The position numbers and the translations under genes are program-made. A stretch of 64,000 nucleotides of DNA, from positions 1,027,787-1,091,786 of the forward strand of contig OZ241369.1 of NCBI GenBank assembly GCA_965200215.1. The letters run 5' to 3'. Position 1 is the first letter of the stretch, and the number at the start of each line of letters is the position of its first letter. Under the pieces are notes generated by a model. The model was given only the letters and a program-made list of their open reading frames with translations, searched no databases and had not been told where the DNA came from. Below, piece by piece: positions 36,089-46,080 of this stretch. The stretch is from Alphaproteobacteria bacterium. Lineage in GTDB: Bacteria > Pseudomonadota > Alphaproteobacteria > SP197.

Positions 36089-36724
36089 ATGTATCGCCTC
36101 TACGGCAAGCCCTACACGATGTCGATGGTGCCGGAAGGCACGCTGGACGAGATCGGCGCCGAGTACGAAGCCATCGAGCTGCCGGACGGGCGTTCCACCG
36201 ACCCCGATTACCTGAAGCTGCGCCCCGACGGGCTGGTGCCCACCCTGGTCGATGGCGAGCTGGTGGTGATCGAAGGCTCGGCCATCGCCATGCACCTGGC
36301 CGACCGCCACCCGGAGGCCGGCCTGGCGCCGGCGCCGGGAAGCCCGGAGCGGGGCCTCTGGTATCAGTGGATGCTGTACCTGAACTCCATGGTGCACCCG
36401 GCCGTCGCCAACGAATACCACGCCGACTGGTTCACGGACGAGGAGAGCGGCGTCGAAGGCGTCCGCCGCCAGGCGCGGCGCAATCTGGAAGGCCTGTGGG
36501 CCGGCATCGACGGCCTGGTCGCCGGACGGACATGGCTGGTCGGCGAGCGCTTCGGGACGGCCGACATCCTGTTCCTGGCCGAGGCCTATATGCCGGACGA
36601 CCACGCCGCCCTGCTCGCCCGCCACCGCCATGTGGCGGCCCTGGTGGCGCGCATCCAGGCGCGGCCGAAGATGGCGGCGCTGCTCGAACGCCACGGCGTT
36701 CGGCCCCTGGAGCTGGGCTGCTGA
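36089..36724 (+). CDS. glutathione S-transferase
   Basis: ATG 36089 (MYRLYGKPYTMS...). GST N-terminal thioredoxin-like and C-terminal helical pattern. Confidence 0.75.
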   Translation: MYRLYGKPYTMSMVPEGTLDEIGAEYEAIELPDGRSTDPDYLKLRPDGLVPTLVDGELVVIEGSAIAMHLADRHPEAGLAPAPGSPERGLWYQWMLYLNSMVHPAVANEYHADWFTDEESGVEGVRRQARRNLEGLWAGIDGLVAGRTWLVGERFGTADILFLAEAYMPDDHAALLARHRHVAALVARIQARPKMAALLERHGVRPLELGC

Positions 36725-36729
36725 TGGGG

Positions 36730-36850
36730 CTTTGGCCAGTGGCTGGTGGCCGGTGGCCAGTGGCTAGTGGTCAGTGAGAGCGGGTGGTGGCGGAGGTGCC
36801 TGGCGGCAGGGGGGTGGCGGCGAGCGGGGGCTGGCCATTTTCAAACCGGG
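36730..36850. repeat. partial composite repeat element (heptamers + GAGAGCGGG module + TTTTCAAACCGGGGTG terminal module, no hairpin core)
   Basis: Motifs. Confidence 0.6.
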
Positions 36851-36961
36851 GTGGCGGCAACTTTTCGCTTGCCAGCGGGCGCGATTGAGTCACGATGGCG
36901 AGCGAGTCACGATGCCGGGGTGCCCGGCCCCGGGCGCGCATCGCATGGAGTCTGCTGCCGA

Positions 36962-37522
36962 ATGTCCGACGAGCATCAGCCGGCGCCGACCGGCGAACGC
37001 ACCCATATCACCGCCAGGGTCAAGTGGTTCAACCCCATCAAGGGTTTCGGGTTCATCCAGATCACGCCCGAGGAACCCGACGTCTTCATCCACGTCTCGG
37101 CGCTGGCCCGGCCCGACATTCCGGGCCTGCCCAACGGCGCCCAGGGCGGCCTGCCCAACGGCGCCACCGTCGAATGCGACATCGCCAGGGCCGAACGCGG
37201 CCTTCAGGTCTCGCATGTGCACCGGGTGGACCTTTCGACGGCGGAACAGCCCTCCTTCGCCGGCGGCCAGCGCGGCACGCAGCGGCCGCCGCGCGAGCAG
37301 CCGACGGGCGAGGAGCACGGGGCGGAAGGGCAGGTGAAGTTCTTCGACAGCAACAAGGGCTTCGGCTTCATCCTGCCCGACGACGGCGGGCGCGACATCT
37401 TCCTGCCCGGGCGCGTGCTGTCGAAGACCGCCATCGTCCGCCTGGAACCCGGCCAGCGCGTGCGCGTGCGCTGGCGCGAGGGCGACCGCGGGCCGCTGGC
37501 GGTGTGGGTGGAGCTGGCCTGA
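36962..37522 (+). CDS. cold-shock DNA-binding protein with two tandem CSD domains
   Basis: ATG 36962. KWFNPIKGFGFI and KFFDSNKGFGFI RNP-1-like motifs. Confidence 0.85.
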   Translation: MSDEHQPAPTGERTHITARVKWFNPIKGFGFIQITPEEPDVFIHVSALARPDIPGLPNGAQGGLPNGATVECDIARAERGLQVSHVHRVDLSTAEQPSFAGGQRGTQRPPREQPTGEEHGAEGQVKFFDSNKGFGFILPDDGGRDIFLPGRVLSKTAIVRLEPGQRVRVRWREGDRGPLAVWVELA

Positions 37523-37610
37523 CGGCGCGGGTGGCGGGCGCGGCCGGGGCCTCTATACTCGCCCCACAACGCCGCTCCCTCGAAGGGGCGTCAACCAAGG
37601 GAGGCAGACC

Positions 37611-38735
37611 ATGCACGTTCTCAGACAACCCAATGTGGAGAAGCTGCACAACCGGCTGATCCACGGCCATATCGACCGGCGGCAGTTCATGCGGGCCACC
37701 GCCGCCGCCGGCCTGGTGCCGGTGGCGACCGCCATGGCGCCCGGCTCCGTCCGCGCGGCGGCCGAAGACCTCAGCTATTTCACCTGGTCGGGCTACGAGG
37801 TGCCGGAGCTCTACCAGCCCTATATCGAAAAGTATGGCGGCGAGCCTTCCTGGTCGGTGTTCGCCTCGGCCGAGGACGGGTTGCAGAAGGTGCGGGCCGG
37901 CTTCTCGCCGGACCTGATGCACCCCTGCGTGGACAACGCGCCGAAGTGGAAGGAGGCCGGGGTTCTGCAGCCACTGGACACCTCGCGCATCTCCAACTGG
38001 GACGACATGTTCCCTGCGCTCCACAGCATGACCGGGGCGGTGATCGACGGCGACGTCTATATGGCGATCACCGATTTCGGCCTGTCTTCGATCATCTACC
38101 GCACCGATCTCTACGAGGGCGAGGAAAGCTGGATGATGCTGTTCGACGAGCGCTTCGCCGGCCGCATCTGCGCGCGCGGAACCGTCGCCAACATCTTCAT
38201 CGCCCTCAAGATCCTGGGCTACGACCCCATGAACCCGACCATGGAGCAGATCGAGGAGGCCGGCGCGCTGGCGCGCGAGCAGCGCCCGCTGGTGCGCTTC
38301 TACTGGGACAGCCAGACCGACATGGAACAGGCCATCGCCTCGGGCGAATGCGTCGCCGGCTATGCCTGGAACGAGGCGCTGGTGAACCTCACCGAACAGG
38401 GCGTGCCGGTGGCCTTCGCGGCGCCCAAGGAAGGCGCCTTCGGCTGGGCCTGCGGCCTGGTGCGGGGCGCCAACTCCACGGCCGACGACCAGATGGCCCA
38501 CGACTTCATCGACGCCTGGCTGTCGCCGGAAGCGGGCAAGTTCCTGATCGAGGCCTATGGCTACGGCCACGGCAACCAGAAATCCTTCGACCTGGTGGAC
38601 CCGGCGACGCTGGAAGCGCTGGGCTACGGGGACCCGGTGGCGCTGATGGACGGCACCAACTTCTGGGTGCCGATGTCGCCGGAGATCGACGCCGCCATGC
38701 TGGAGCTGTGGGAAGACATCCAGGCCGGGCTGTGA
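37611..38735 (+). CDS. ABC transporter substrate-binding protein (polyamine PotD/PotF-like), Tat-type signal RRQFMRATAAAGL
   Basis: ORF track. Confidence 0.75.
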   Translation: MHVLRQPNVEKLHNRLIHGHIDRRQFMRATAAAGLVPVATAMAPGSVRAAAEDLSYFTWSGYEVPELYQPYIEKYGGEPSWSVFASAEDGLQKVRAGFSPDLMHPCVDNAPKWKEAGVLQPLDTSRISNWDDMFPALHSMTGAVIDGDVYMAITDFGLSSIIYRTDLYEGEESWMMLFDERFAGRICARGTVANIFIALKILGYDPMNPTMEQIEEAGALAREQRPLVRFYWDSQTDMEQAIASGECVAGYAWNEALVNLTEQGVPVAFAAPKEGAFGWACGLVRGANSTADDQMAHDFIDAWLSPEAGKFLIEAYGYGHGNQKSFDLVDPATLEALGYGDPVALMDGTNFWVPMSPEIDAAMLELWEDIQAGL

Positions 38736-38790
38736 CGGGGCGCGACGGAAAACGGGGCCGCAGCGCCCCGAAGCCAAGGGAGGCACGACC

Positions 38791-39912
38791 ATGCACGTTC
38801 TCAGACGACCCAGTGTGGAGAAGCTGCACAACCGGCTGATCCACGGCCGCATCGACCGGCGGCAGTTCATGCGGGCCACCGCCGCCGCCGGCCTGGTGCC
38901 GGTGGCGATGGCGCCCGGTGCCGCCCGCGCGGCGGCCGAAGACCTCACCTACTTCACCTGGTCGGGCTACGAGGTGCCGGACCTCTACCAGTCCTATGTC
39001 GACAAATATGGCGGCGAGCCTTCCTGGTCGGTGTTCGCATCGGCCGAGGACGGGTTGCAGAAGGTGCGCGCCGGCTTCAACCCGGACCTCTCCCATCCCT
39101 GCGTGGACAACGTGCCGAGATGGCAGGAAGCGGGCGTGATCCAGCCGCTGGACACCTCGCGCATCGCCGCCTGGGACGACATGTTCCCCTCGCTCCACAG
39201 CATGACCGGGGCGGTGATCGACGGCGACGTCTATATGGCGATCGCCGATTTCGGCCTGTCTTCGATCATCTACCGCACCGACATCTACGAGGGCGAGGAA
39301 AGCTGGAAGATGCTGTTCGACGAACGCTACGAAGGGCGCATCTGCCCGCGCGGCGGCGACGCGATCCCCATCTACATCGCCCTCAAGATCCTGGGCTACG
39401 ACCCCATGGGGCCGACCAGCGAGCAGATCGCCGAGGCGGCCGACATGGTGCGCAAGCAACGCCCGCTGGCCCGTTTCTACTGGGAAAGCCAGACCGACAT
39501 GGAACAGGCCATCGCCTCGGGCGAATGCGTGGTGGGCTATGCCTGGAACGAGGCGCTGGTGAACCTCACCGAACAGGGCGTGCCGGTGGCCTTCGCCGCG
39601 CCCAAGGAAGGCGCCTTCGGCTGGGCCTGCGGCCTAGTGTGGGGGGCCAACTCCACGGCCGACGAGGCCATGATCTACGACTTCATCGACGCCTGGCTGG
39701 CGCCGGAGACCGGCAAGTTCCTGATCGAGGAATACGGTTACGGCCACGGCAACCAGAAATCCTTCGACCTGGTGGACCCGGCGAGGCTGGCGGCGCTGGG
39801 CTACGAGGATCCGGTGGCGCTGATGGACGGCACCAGCTTCTGGGTGCCGCTGACGCCGCAGATCGAAGAGGAGATGATGCGGACCTGGGACGAGGTGCAG
39901 ATGGGCCTCTGA
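38791..39912 (+). CDS. ABC transporter substrate-binding protein (paralog of 37611..38735)
   Basis: ORF track. About 80% identical, with conserved 5' leader AAGGGAGGCAGACCATGCACGTTCTCAGAC. Confidence 0.75.
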   Translation: MHVLRRPSVEKLHNRLIHGRIDRRQFMRATAAAGLVPVAMAPGAARAAAEDLTYFTWSGYEVPDLYQSYVDKYGGEPSWSVFASAEDGLQKVRAGFNPDLSHPCVDNVPRWQEAGVIQPLDTSRIAAWDDMFPSLHSMTGAVIDGDVYMAIADFGLSSIIYRTDIYEGEESWKMLFDERYEGRICPRGGDAIPIYIALKILGYDPMGPTSEQIAEAADMVRKQRPLARFYWESQTDMEQAIASGECVVGYAWNEALVNLTEQGVPVAFAAPKEGAFGWACGLVWGANSTADEAMIYDFIDAWLAPETGKFLIEEYGYGHGNQKSFDLVDPARLAALGYEDPVALMDGTSFWVPLTPQIEEEMMRTWDEVQMGL

Positions 39913-39932
39913 CCTCCGGGGCCGGTCGTTCG

Positions 39933-39964
39933 AAAAGGGCGCGGGTTCCCCCCGCGCCCTTTTT
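39933..39964 (+). terminator. intrinsic terminator (stem GGGCGCGGG/CCCGCGCCC, loop TTCCC, then TTTTT; AAAA upstream makes it potentially bidirectional)
   Basis: Hairpin by eye between convergent genes. Confidence 0.6.
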
Positions 39965-40001
39965 GCGCCCGGCGCCCGTCGATGCGAAGCGCCGCCGCCC
40001 C

Positions 40002-41126
40002 CTAGCGCTCGCCCATGGCCGCCAGCCATTTGCGCTGGAAGTCGTGGACGGCGTGCTCGCTGATCTCGCTGCGATCGGCATCGACCACGAAGCGGCCCTG
40101 GCGATAGCCCAGGCTGTGGAGGCCCTTCTGCACGCTCTCGCACAGCGGGATGTCCTCCAGCCTCACCGCGTGCACGAAGTCGATCACCTCGCGCTCCCCG
40201 GCGGTGGGCGCCTCGTGGTGGAAGTACCATTCGCAGCGCTGCACGGTGCGCTCCGGCGCGACGGCGTCGTGGTGGAAGACGGTCAGATTGCCGCCGGGAT
40301 AGGCCTCCAGCACCCAATTGGGCCACAGCAGCCAGCTGGCGAAGCTTTCCGGGCGGGCGGCGCCTTCGGTGGCGGTGGCATAGGAGACGTTCCTGCCGCT
40401 GCTGTAATGGGCGTGGTGGTGCTCATGGGTGTGGATGCGGTAGCTCTGCCAGTCGAGCGCCTCCTCGATCAGCGTGCGGTGGCGGTTGGGGCAGTGGAAA
40501 CATTCGTCGTAGTTCTCGACCGAGTTCTTCCAGTTGGCCTCGAGCGCATATTCGCTGCGATCGGCGCATTTCAGCGCCGCGGCATGGGGCGAGAAGGCGG
40601 CGACTTCCTCCTTCAGCGCCCCGGAGACCCGCTCGAACGGCGGCGCCCGCCCGTCCAGATTCACGAACAGGAAGCCCAGCATCTCGCCCAGCCGCACGCT
40701 CTCCAGGCCGTAGCGGGAGGCGTCGAAGCCGCTCATGCGCTCGCTGCCCCTGGCCGTGCGCAGCCCCCCATCGAGGCCATAGGCCCAGCTGTGATAGGGG
40801 CAGACCACGACCGGCCCCAGCCGGCCCTCGCCTTCCAGCAGCCGGTGGGCGCGATGCTGGCAGACGTTGAAGAAGGCCCTGACGGTGCCGCCGCCGTCGC
40901 GCAGCAGCAGCACGCTCTGGTCCAGGATGTCGCGCACGATGTAGGAGCCAGCCTGCGGCAGCATGGAGACGTGGCCGGCATATTGCCAGCTGTTGTAGAA
41001 GACGGCGGCCTTCTCGCGCTCGAAGACCGCCGGGTCCCAATAGAAGGACGCGTTCATGGTCTGCGAGCGCTCGGGGTCGTCGTGGAAGCCGGCACGGGGC
41101 AGGGTGGCGATGCGGGCCATGGCCAT
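40002..41126 (-). CDS. Rieske (2Fe-2S) oxygenase alpha subunit family protein
   Basis: ATG at 41124-41126 (MAMARIATLPRAG...) within long ORF 40002..41990. Rieske motif CQHRAHR...CPYHSW. Confidence 0.8.
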   Translation of the reverse strand: MAMARIATLPRAGFHDDPERSQTMNASFYWDPAVFEREKAAVFYNSWQYAGHVSMLPQAGSYIVRDILDQSVLLLRDGGGTVRAFFNVCQHRAHRLLEGEGRLGPVVVCPYHSWAYGLDGGLRTARGSERMSGFDASRYGLESVRLGEMLGFLFVNLDGRAPPFERVSGALKEEVAAFSPHAAALKCADRSEYALEANWKNSVENYDECFHCPNRHRTLIEEALDWQSYRIHTHEHHHAHYSSGRNVSYATATEGAARPESFASWLLWPNWVLEAYPGGNLTVFHHDAVAPERTVQRCEWYFHHEAPTAGEREVIDFVHAVRLEDIPLCESVQKGLHSLGYRQGRFVVDADRSEISEHAVHDFQRKWLAAMGER

Positions 41127-41187
41127 ATCCTCATTGCGGGACGACGGAATGGGCGAACAGACTACCCGCGGCGCCGGCGGCGGCACA

Positions 41188-42567
41188 ATGGCGACGGGGG
41201 CGGCGGGGGCGGCGGCGGGGCGCATGGCGGCGTCGATGCCGACCGCCGCCACGGCGCCGCGTTTTTGCGACCGGCTGCCGGCGGCAGTCGATGTGGCGGT
41301 GATCGGCGCCGGCATCGCGGGCACCGCCACCGCCTGGTTCCTGGCCCGCCGCGGCTGGAAGGTGCTGCTGGCCGAGAAGGGCCGGGTGGCGGGCGAGCAA
41401 TCGAGCCGCAATTGGGGCTGGGTGCGCCAGCAGGGCCGCGACGCGGCCGAGCTGCCCATCGCCATGGAAGCCAACCGCATCTGGCGCCGCCTGGCGCGGG
41501 AGACCGGCGAAGCGGGGCTGGCCTTCACCGCCTCGGCCTGCATCAAGCTGGCCGGCGACGCGCGCGCCCTGGCGGCGATGGAAGGCTGGCGCCAGCTGGC
41601 CGCGGCCTGCCAGCTCGACACCCGGATGCTGTCGCCGGGCGAGATCGCCGACCTGCTGCCGGCGCTTCGCGGCCGCTTCGCCGGCGGCATGACCACCGCC
41701 TCCGACGGGCGCGCCGAACCCTGGGAGGCGGTGCCGGCGCTGGCCCGCGCCGCGCAGGCGGAGGGCGCGGCCGTGATCGAGGACTGCGCCGTCCGCTGCC
41801 TGGACCTGGCGGGCGGGCGCATCGCCGGCGCGGTGACGGAACGCGGGCGCGTGGCCTGCGAGCGGGCGGTGCTGGCGGGCGGCGCCTGGTCTGGCCTTTT
41901 CGCCGCCAATGCCGGCATCCGGCTGCCGCAGCTGGCCGTGCGCTCGACGGCGGCGGCGACCGGGCCGGCGGAAGGCGAGGTGGCGTTCAACCTGTCGCTG
42001 CCGGGGCTGGCGGTGCGCCGCCGCGACGACGGCCGCTATACGGTCTCCACCGGCGACATCGCCGAGCATTACCTGGCGCCCGAATCCCTGCGCCACGCCC
42101 GCCGCTTCGTGCCGCTGATCCGCCGCTCGGCGCGCGACCTGCGCCTGAAGCCGGCGGCCCCGACCGGCTATCCCGGCAGCTGGCGCATCGCGCGGCGCTG
42201 GCACGGGGACGAGGAGAGCCCTTTCGAGCGGCTGCGCGTCCTCCACCCGGCGCCTTCGCCGACGGTGCTGCGGCGGCTGCGGCGGCGCCTGCCCCGCCAC
42301 CTGCCCTTCCTGAAGGGCGCCGGACTGGCCGAGGCCTGGGCGGGCATGATCGACGTGACCCCCGACGCCGTGCCCATGCTGGGCGAGATCGGGCCGCCGG
42401 GCCTGTTGGTCGCCACCGGCTTCTCCGGCCACGGTTTCGGCATCGGCCCGGCGATCGGGCGCATCCTGGCCGACCTGATCGCCGGCCGCGACCCGGGCCA
42501 CGACCTCGCCCGCTTCCGCCCGCAGCGCTTCCACGACGGCACGCCCATCGTGCCGGGACCCTATTGA
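41188..42567 (+). CDS. FAD-dependent oxidoreductase (DAO family); start uncertain (41188 or 41224)
   Basis: ORF 41056..42567. FAD motif DVAVIGAGIAGTATAW. Confidence 0.7.
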   Translation: MATGAAGAAAGRMAASMPTAATAPRFCDRLPAAVDVAVIGAGIAGTATAWFLARRGWKVLLAEKGRVAGEQSSRNWGWVRQQGRDAAELPIAMEANRIWRRLARETGEAGLAFTASACIKLAGDARALAAMEGWRQLAAACQLDTRMLSPGEIADLLPALRGRFAGGMTTASDGRAEPWEAVPALARAAQAEGAAVIEDCAVRCLDLAGGRIAGAVTERGRVACERAVLAGGAWSGLFAANAGIRLPQLAVRSTAAATGPAEGEVAFNLSLPGLAVRRRDDGRYTVSTGDIAEHYLAPESLRHARRFVPLIRRSARDLRLKPAAPTGYPGSWRIARRWHGDEESPFERLRVLHPAPSPTVLRRLRRRLPRHLPFLKGAGLAEAWAGMIDVTPDAVPMLGEIGPPGLLVATGFSGHGFGIGPAIGRILADLIAGRDPGHDLARFRPQRFHDGTPIVPGPY

Positions 42568-42599
42568 GCGCCGCCCGGAGCCCTGGACGGGACGCCGCT

Positions 42600-44108
42600 A
42601 TGCCCGACCGCCCCAACATCCTGATTTTCTGCACCGACCAGCAGCGGGCCGACAGCCTGGGCTGCTACGGCAACGCCCTGGCGCGCACCCCGCATCTGGA
42701 CGCCCTGGCGGCGCGCGGCATGCGCTTCGACGACCACCTCACGCCCAACCAGATCTGCAGCCCCAGCCGCGCCACCGCGATCACCGGCCTGTATCCGCGC
42801 CACCACGGCATGACCACCAACGGGCGCCGCATGAAGGACGGCCTGGCCACCCTGCCCGGCCGGCTGGCGGCGGCCGGCTACGACACCCACGCCGTGGGCA
42901 AGCTGCATTTGCAACCGATCATGGCCGGCGAGCGCTTCGGCTGCCCCGAATCGGTGCCGTTCTGGCAGGCGGGGCGCGGGGATGGCTGGAACGGCCCCTA
43001 TTGCGGCTATCGCAGCGTCGATCTGGTCATCGGCGAGTCGCTGCTGGCGACGGAAGGCGGCCATTACGCCCGCTGGCTGCGCGAGAGGCGGCCGCAGGCG
43101 GTGCCGCTCTACCGGCCCGAAGCGGCGCTGGAAGGGCCGGTGGACGGCCTCGACGAGGCCTGGACCTCGGCCGTGCCGGAAAGCCTGCACTACAACAGCT
43201 GGATCGCCGAGCGGGCCATGGCCTTCCTGGAACGGGCGGGCGAACCCTTCATGCTGTTCGTCTCGACGCCCGACCCCCACCATCCCTTCAGCCCGCCCCG
43301 CCCCTGGGCCGACCTGTTCGACGCCGCCGCCATGCCGGTGCCGAAGGCGGTGGCGGGCGAGCTCGACCTCATGCCGGACTATGTGCGCGCCCGCCTGGGC
43401 ACGGGCTGGATCGACAACCACGCGCCGGCCGTCGAACAGGGCGGCATGACCACCACCGCCCACATCCCGCGCGGGGCCCTGGCGCGCGCCATCGCCCTGA
43501 CGCGGGGCATGGAGGCGCAGATCGACTTCTGCTTCGGGCGCGTGCTGGCGAAGCTGGAGGCGCTCGCCATGGACGGGCGCACGGTGGTCGTCTTCACCTC
43601 CGACCACGGCGAGTTCCTGGGCCATCACGGCCTGCTGCACAAGGGGCCGCCGCCCTATCGCGACCTCACGCGCGTGGGCTTCGTGATGGCCGGCCCCGGC
43701 GTGCCGCAGGGCCGGGCGAGCGGGGCCGCCAGCAGCCATCTCGACCTCATGCCGACCCTGTTGGATATGGCCGGCTTCGACGCCGACGGGCTGGACGGCG
43801 AAAGCCTGCGCCCGCTGCTGGCGGGCGGCACCCCGAAGCGCCGCGCCCGTTTCCTGGAGTTTCACCCGCGCCTCGACCGGCGCCTCTACAACCACTCCAT
43901 CGTCGCCGGGCGCTGGCGCCTCACCCTTTATCCCGAAGGCGAGGAGGGCTGGGGCGAGCTCTTCGACCTCGGCAGCGAGGCGGGCGAGCATCGCAACCTC
44001 TTCCACGAACCCGGTTTTCGGGCGCAGCGCGACCGCCTGGCCGCCGCGCTGCAGGAGGCCTTCCCCGCCCGCCCCGACGCCGGCACCGAACTGATCGCCA
44101 AATGGTAG
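42600..44108 (+). CDS. sulfatase (arylsulfatase/choline-sulfatase family; Cys-type C-S-P-S-R formylglycine site)
   Basis: ATG 42600 inside spurious 1662-aa ORF. Motif FCTDQQRADSLGCYGN...CSPSRATAITG. Confidence 0.85.
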   Translation: MPDRPNILIFCTDQQRADSLGCYGNALARTPHLDALAARGMRFDDHLTPNQICSPSRATAITGLYPRHHGMTTNGRRMKDGLATLPGRLAAAGYDTHAVGKLHLQPIMAGERFGCPESVPFWQAGRGDGWNGPYCGYRSVDLVIGESLLATEGGHYARWLRERRPQAVPLYRPEAALEGPVDGLDEAWTSAVPESLHYNSWIAERAMAFLERAGEPFMLFVSTPDPHHPFSPPRPWADLFDAAAMPVPKAVAGELDLMPDYVRARLGTGWIDNHAPAVEQGGMTTTAHIPRGALARAIALTRGMEAQIDFCFGRVLAKLEALAMDGRTVVVFTSDHGEFLGHHGLLHKGPPPYRDLTRVGFVMAGPGVPQGRASGAASSHLDLMPTLLDMAGFDADGLDGESLRPLLAGGTPKRRARFLEFHPRLDRRLYNHSIVAGRWRLTLYPEGEEGWGELFDLGSEAGEHRNLFHEPGFRAQRDRLAAALQEAFPARPDAGTELIAKW

Positions 44109-44373
44109 CGGGCGCGGCGCCCGCGGCGGCACTCGTCCCGGCGCGGCGCCAGGCTGGCGCCGACGACGCGGGGGCGGGGCTTCGACACGCCGGCCTTTGC
44201 GCGGCACCTGGAAGCGGCCGGCGTGGAACGGGCGCAAGCCGAGGCGCGTGCGGGCGCAGTGCGCGATGCGGTGGCGGCGGCGACCGGGGCGGCGTTGGCG
44301 GCCGGCGTCGGCGAAATGCGGGCGGCGCTGGCGGCGCCATAGCCTTTCGCCCGCCCCCGTCGCCTGCGGGCGC

Positions 44374-45558
44374 TCAGCCGGCGGCAGGCGGCGCCGTTCG
44401 CTCCAGAAAGGCGTCGAACATCGGCACGGTAAAGGCCGTGTCGCCGTGCGCCGGACCGTAGATCATGCCCTTCGCGATCAGCTGGTTGCGCAGGGGAGCG
44501 ACGCTGGTGACGCCGCGGCCGAGGGCGCAGGCGATATCGCCCGACCGGTGCGGGCCCGGCCCCAGCTGCGCCATGGCGCGCAGATAGCCCCTTTCCCTCG
44601 GCGTGCAGCGGTCGTAGCGGACCCGGAAGAACCCGGCATCCAGCGTTGCCAGGGTGAGTTCCGTCGCCCGCTCCACATCCGCGACGGTGATCGGCGAGGC
44701 CGCCGCCGCCTCCCACGCATGGGAGCCCCATTCCTGAAGGAAATAGGGGTAGCCTTCGGTGCGATCCAGGATCCGTTCGAGCGCCGCCGCATCGAAGCGA
44801 ACGCCCGCCCGTTCCGCCGGTGCCTGGATGGCGCGCCAGGCGGCTTCCCGGTCGAGCCTCCCGATCTCCAGGAACTCGAAGAGCCGTTCCGCATAGGATT
44901 TCGCCCGCCCGCTCCTGCCGACCAGCTGCGGCAGCCCGGCCCCGACCAGCGCCACGGGGAGCTGGCGCTGCTGGCAGCCGTGCAGGGCCACGATCAGCGC
45001 GGCGAACTCCTCCTTTCCCACATATTGGAGTTCGTCGACGAACAGCGCGACCGCCCGGCCCCTCTCCCGCGCCGCCTCGCCGACGATGCGGAACAGGTCG
45101 GCCAGGTCGGCTTCGAGATCGCCCGTATCGGCGAGGCCGGGTTCGGGCTCCGCATCGATGCGGATTTCCACGTCCCGGTATCGGAGCCGGATCGCGGCGA
45201 CGAAACCCGCCAGACCGCGCCACGCCCGATGCAGGCGCTCCTTCGCCGCCTCGATGCGGTCGAGCCGGAGCAGGGCGCGGTGGAGCGCCGGCACCAGCAG
45301 CACCGGCAGCGAGCGGCGCTCGGGCTCCTCGATCCGCAGGCAGACGAGGCCGCGCCCTTCGGCGCCATCGGCGACGCGGTTGAGAAGCACGGTCTTGCCG
45401 ACGCCGCGCAGGCCGACGAACAGGATGCTCTTGCCGTGCAGCCCGCCCGCGATACGGTCGAGATGGACGGCGGCGGATTCCAGGATGTCGTTGCGGCCCG
45501 CCAATTCCGGGGGAGGGCTGCCGGCGCCGGGTGCGTAGGGGTTTTGTCGCGGGTCCAT
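44374..45558 (-). CDS. ATP-binding protein (AAA/ORC-type ATPase with C-terminal wHTH-like region)
   Basis: ORF track. Walker A GLRGVGKT, Walker B LFVDELQ. Confidence 0.65.
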   Translation of the reverse strand: MDPRQNPYAPGAGSPPPELAGRNDILESAAVHLDRIAGGLHGKSILFVGLRGVGKTVLLNRVADGAEGRGLVCLRIEEPERRSLPVLLVPALHRALLRLDRIEAAKERLHRAWRGLAGFVAAIRLRYRDVEIRIDAEPEPGLADTGDLEADLADLFRIVGEAARERGRAVALFVDELQYVGKEEFAALIVALHGCQQRQLPVALVGAGLPQLVGRSGRAKSYAERLFEFLEIGRLDREAAWRAIQAPAERAGVRFDAAALERILDRTEGYPYFLQEWGSHAWEAAAASPITVADVERATELTLATLDAGFFRVRYDRCTPRERGYLRAMAQLGPGPHRSGDIACALGRGVTSVAPLRNQLIAKGMIYGPAHGDTAFTVPMFDAFLERTAPPAAG

Positions 45559-45915
45559 GTATAGGGATCTTATCTGGGTTTATGGGGTTTCGATAAGGTG
45601 GAGTAAACTTGCTATAGATGATGGCGGGCTTCAAGACGCCCCCTGCCCATGCCGGAGGAAGGATCGCCGGCACGGGGTGCACAGGGGTTTCGCCGCGGGT
45701 CCATGTATAGGGATCTTATCCGGGTTTATGGGGTTTCGATAAGGCGGGGTAAACTTGCTATAGATGATGGTGGGCTTCAAGACGCCCCCCTGCCCGTGCC
45801 GGGGGAGGATCGCCGGCACGGGGTGCACAGGGGTTTCGCCGCGGGTCCATGTATAGGGATCTTATCTGGGTTTATGGGGTTTCGATAAGGCGGGATAAAC
45901 TTGCTAGGATCGTGT
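45551..45915. repeat. 146-bp tandem repeat, about 2.4 copies (units start 45551, 45697, 45843), each containing the ATG and first codons of the upstream-reading ATPase gene plus an AT-richer segment
   Basis: Direct comparison of the units (about 90% identity). Confidence 0.85.
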
Positions 45916-46080
45916 TGCCGGCCCCTGCCGGGGGTGTGGCGCTGGCCGCCGACCTCGCCTGCCCCGATGCCGTGAACCCGTGCGCTGCGAAGGGTATTGA
46001 TTTCGCGCCATGGCGGGCGTTGTGTTTTCCTTCGGCTTCGCGCCGGCCCCGGCCGGGCGCCGGACATGGGAGGGCAGACG

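Noticed and set aside
34917-36215. 432-aa plus-strand ORF opposite the alpha/beta hydrolase gene
   Set aside because: Low-complexity, antisense to a gene with a clear hydrolase nucleophile elbow motif.
39120-44108. 1662-aa plus-strand ORF spanning the SBP paralog, the Rieske/FAD genes and the sulfatase
   Set aside because: Artefact of stop-codon paucity in roughly 70% GC DNA. Real genes inside it are on both strands with recognisable domains; only the last about 500 aa (sulfatase, from ATG 42600) are genuine.
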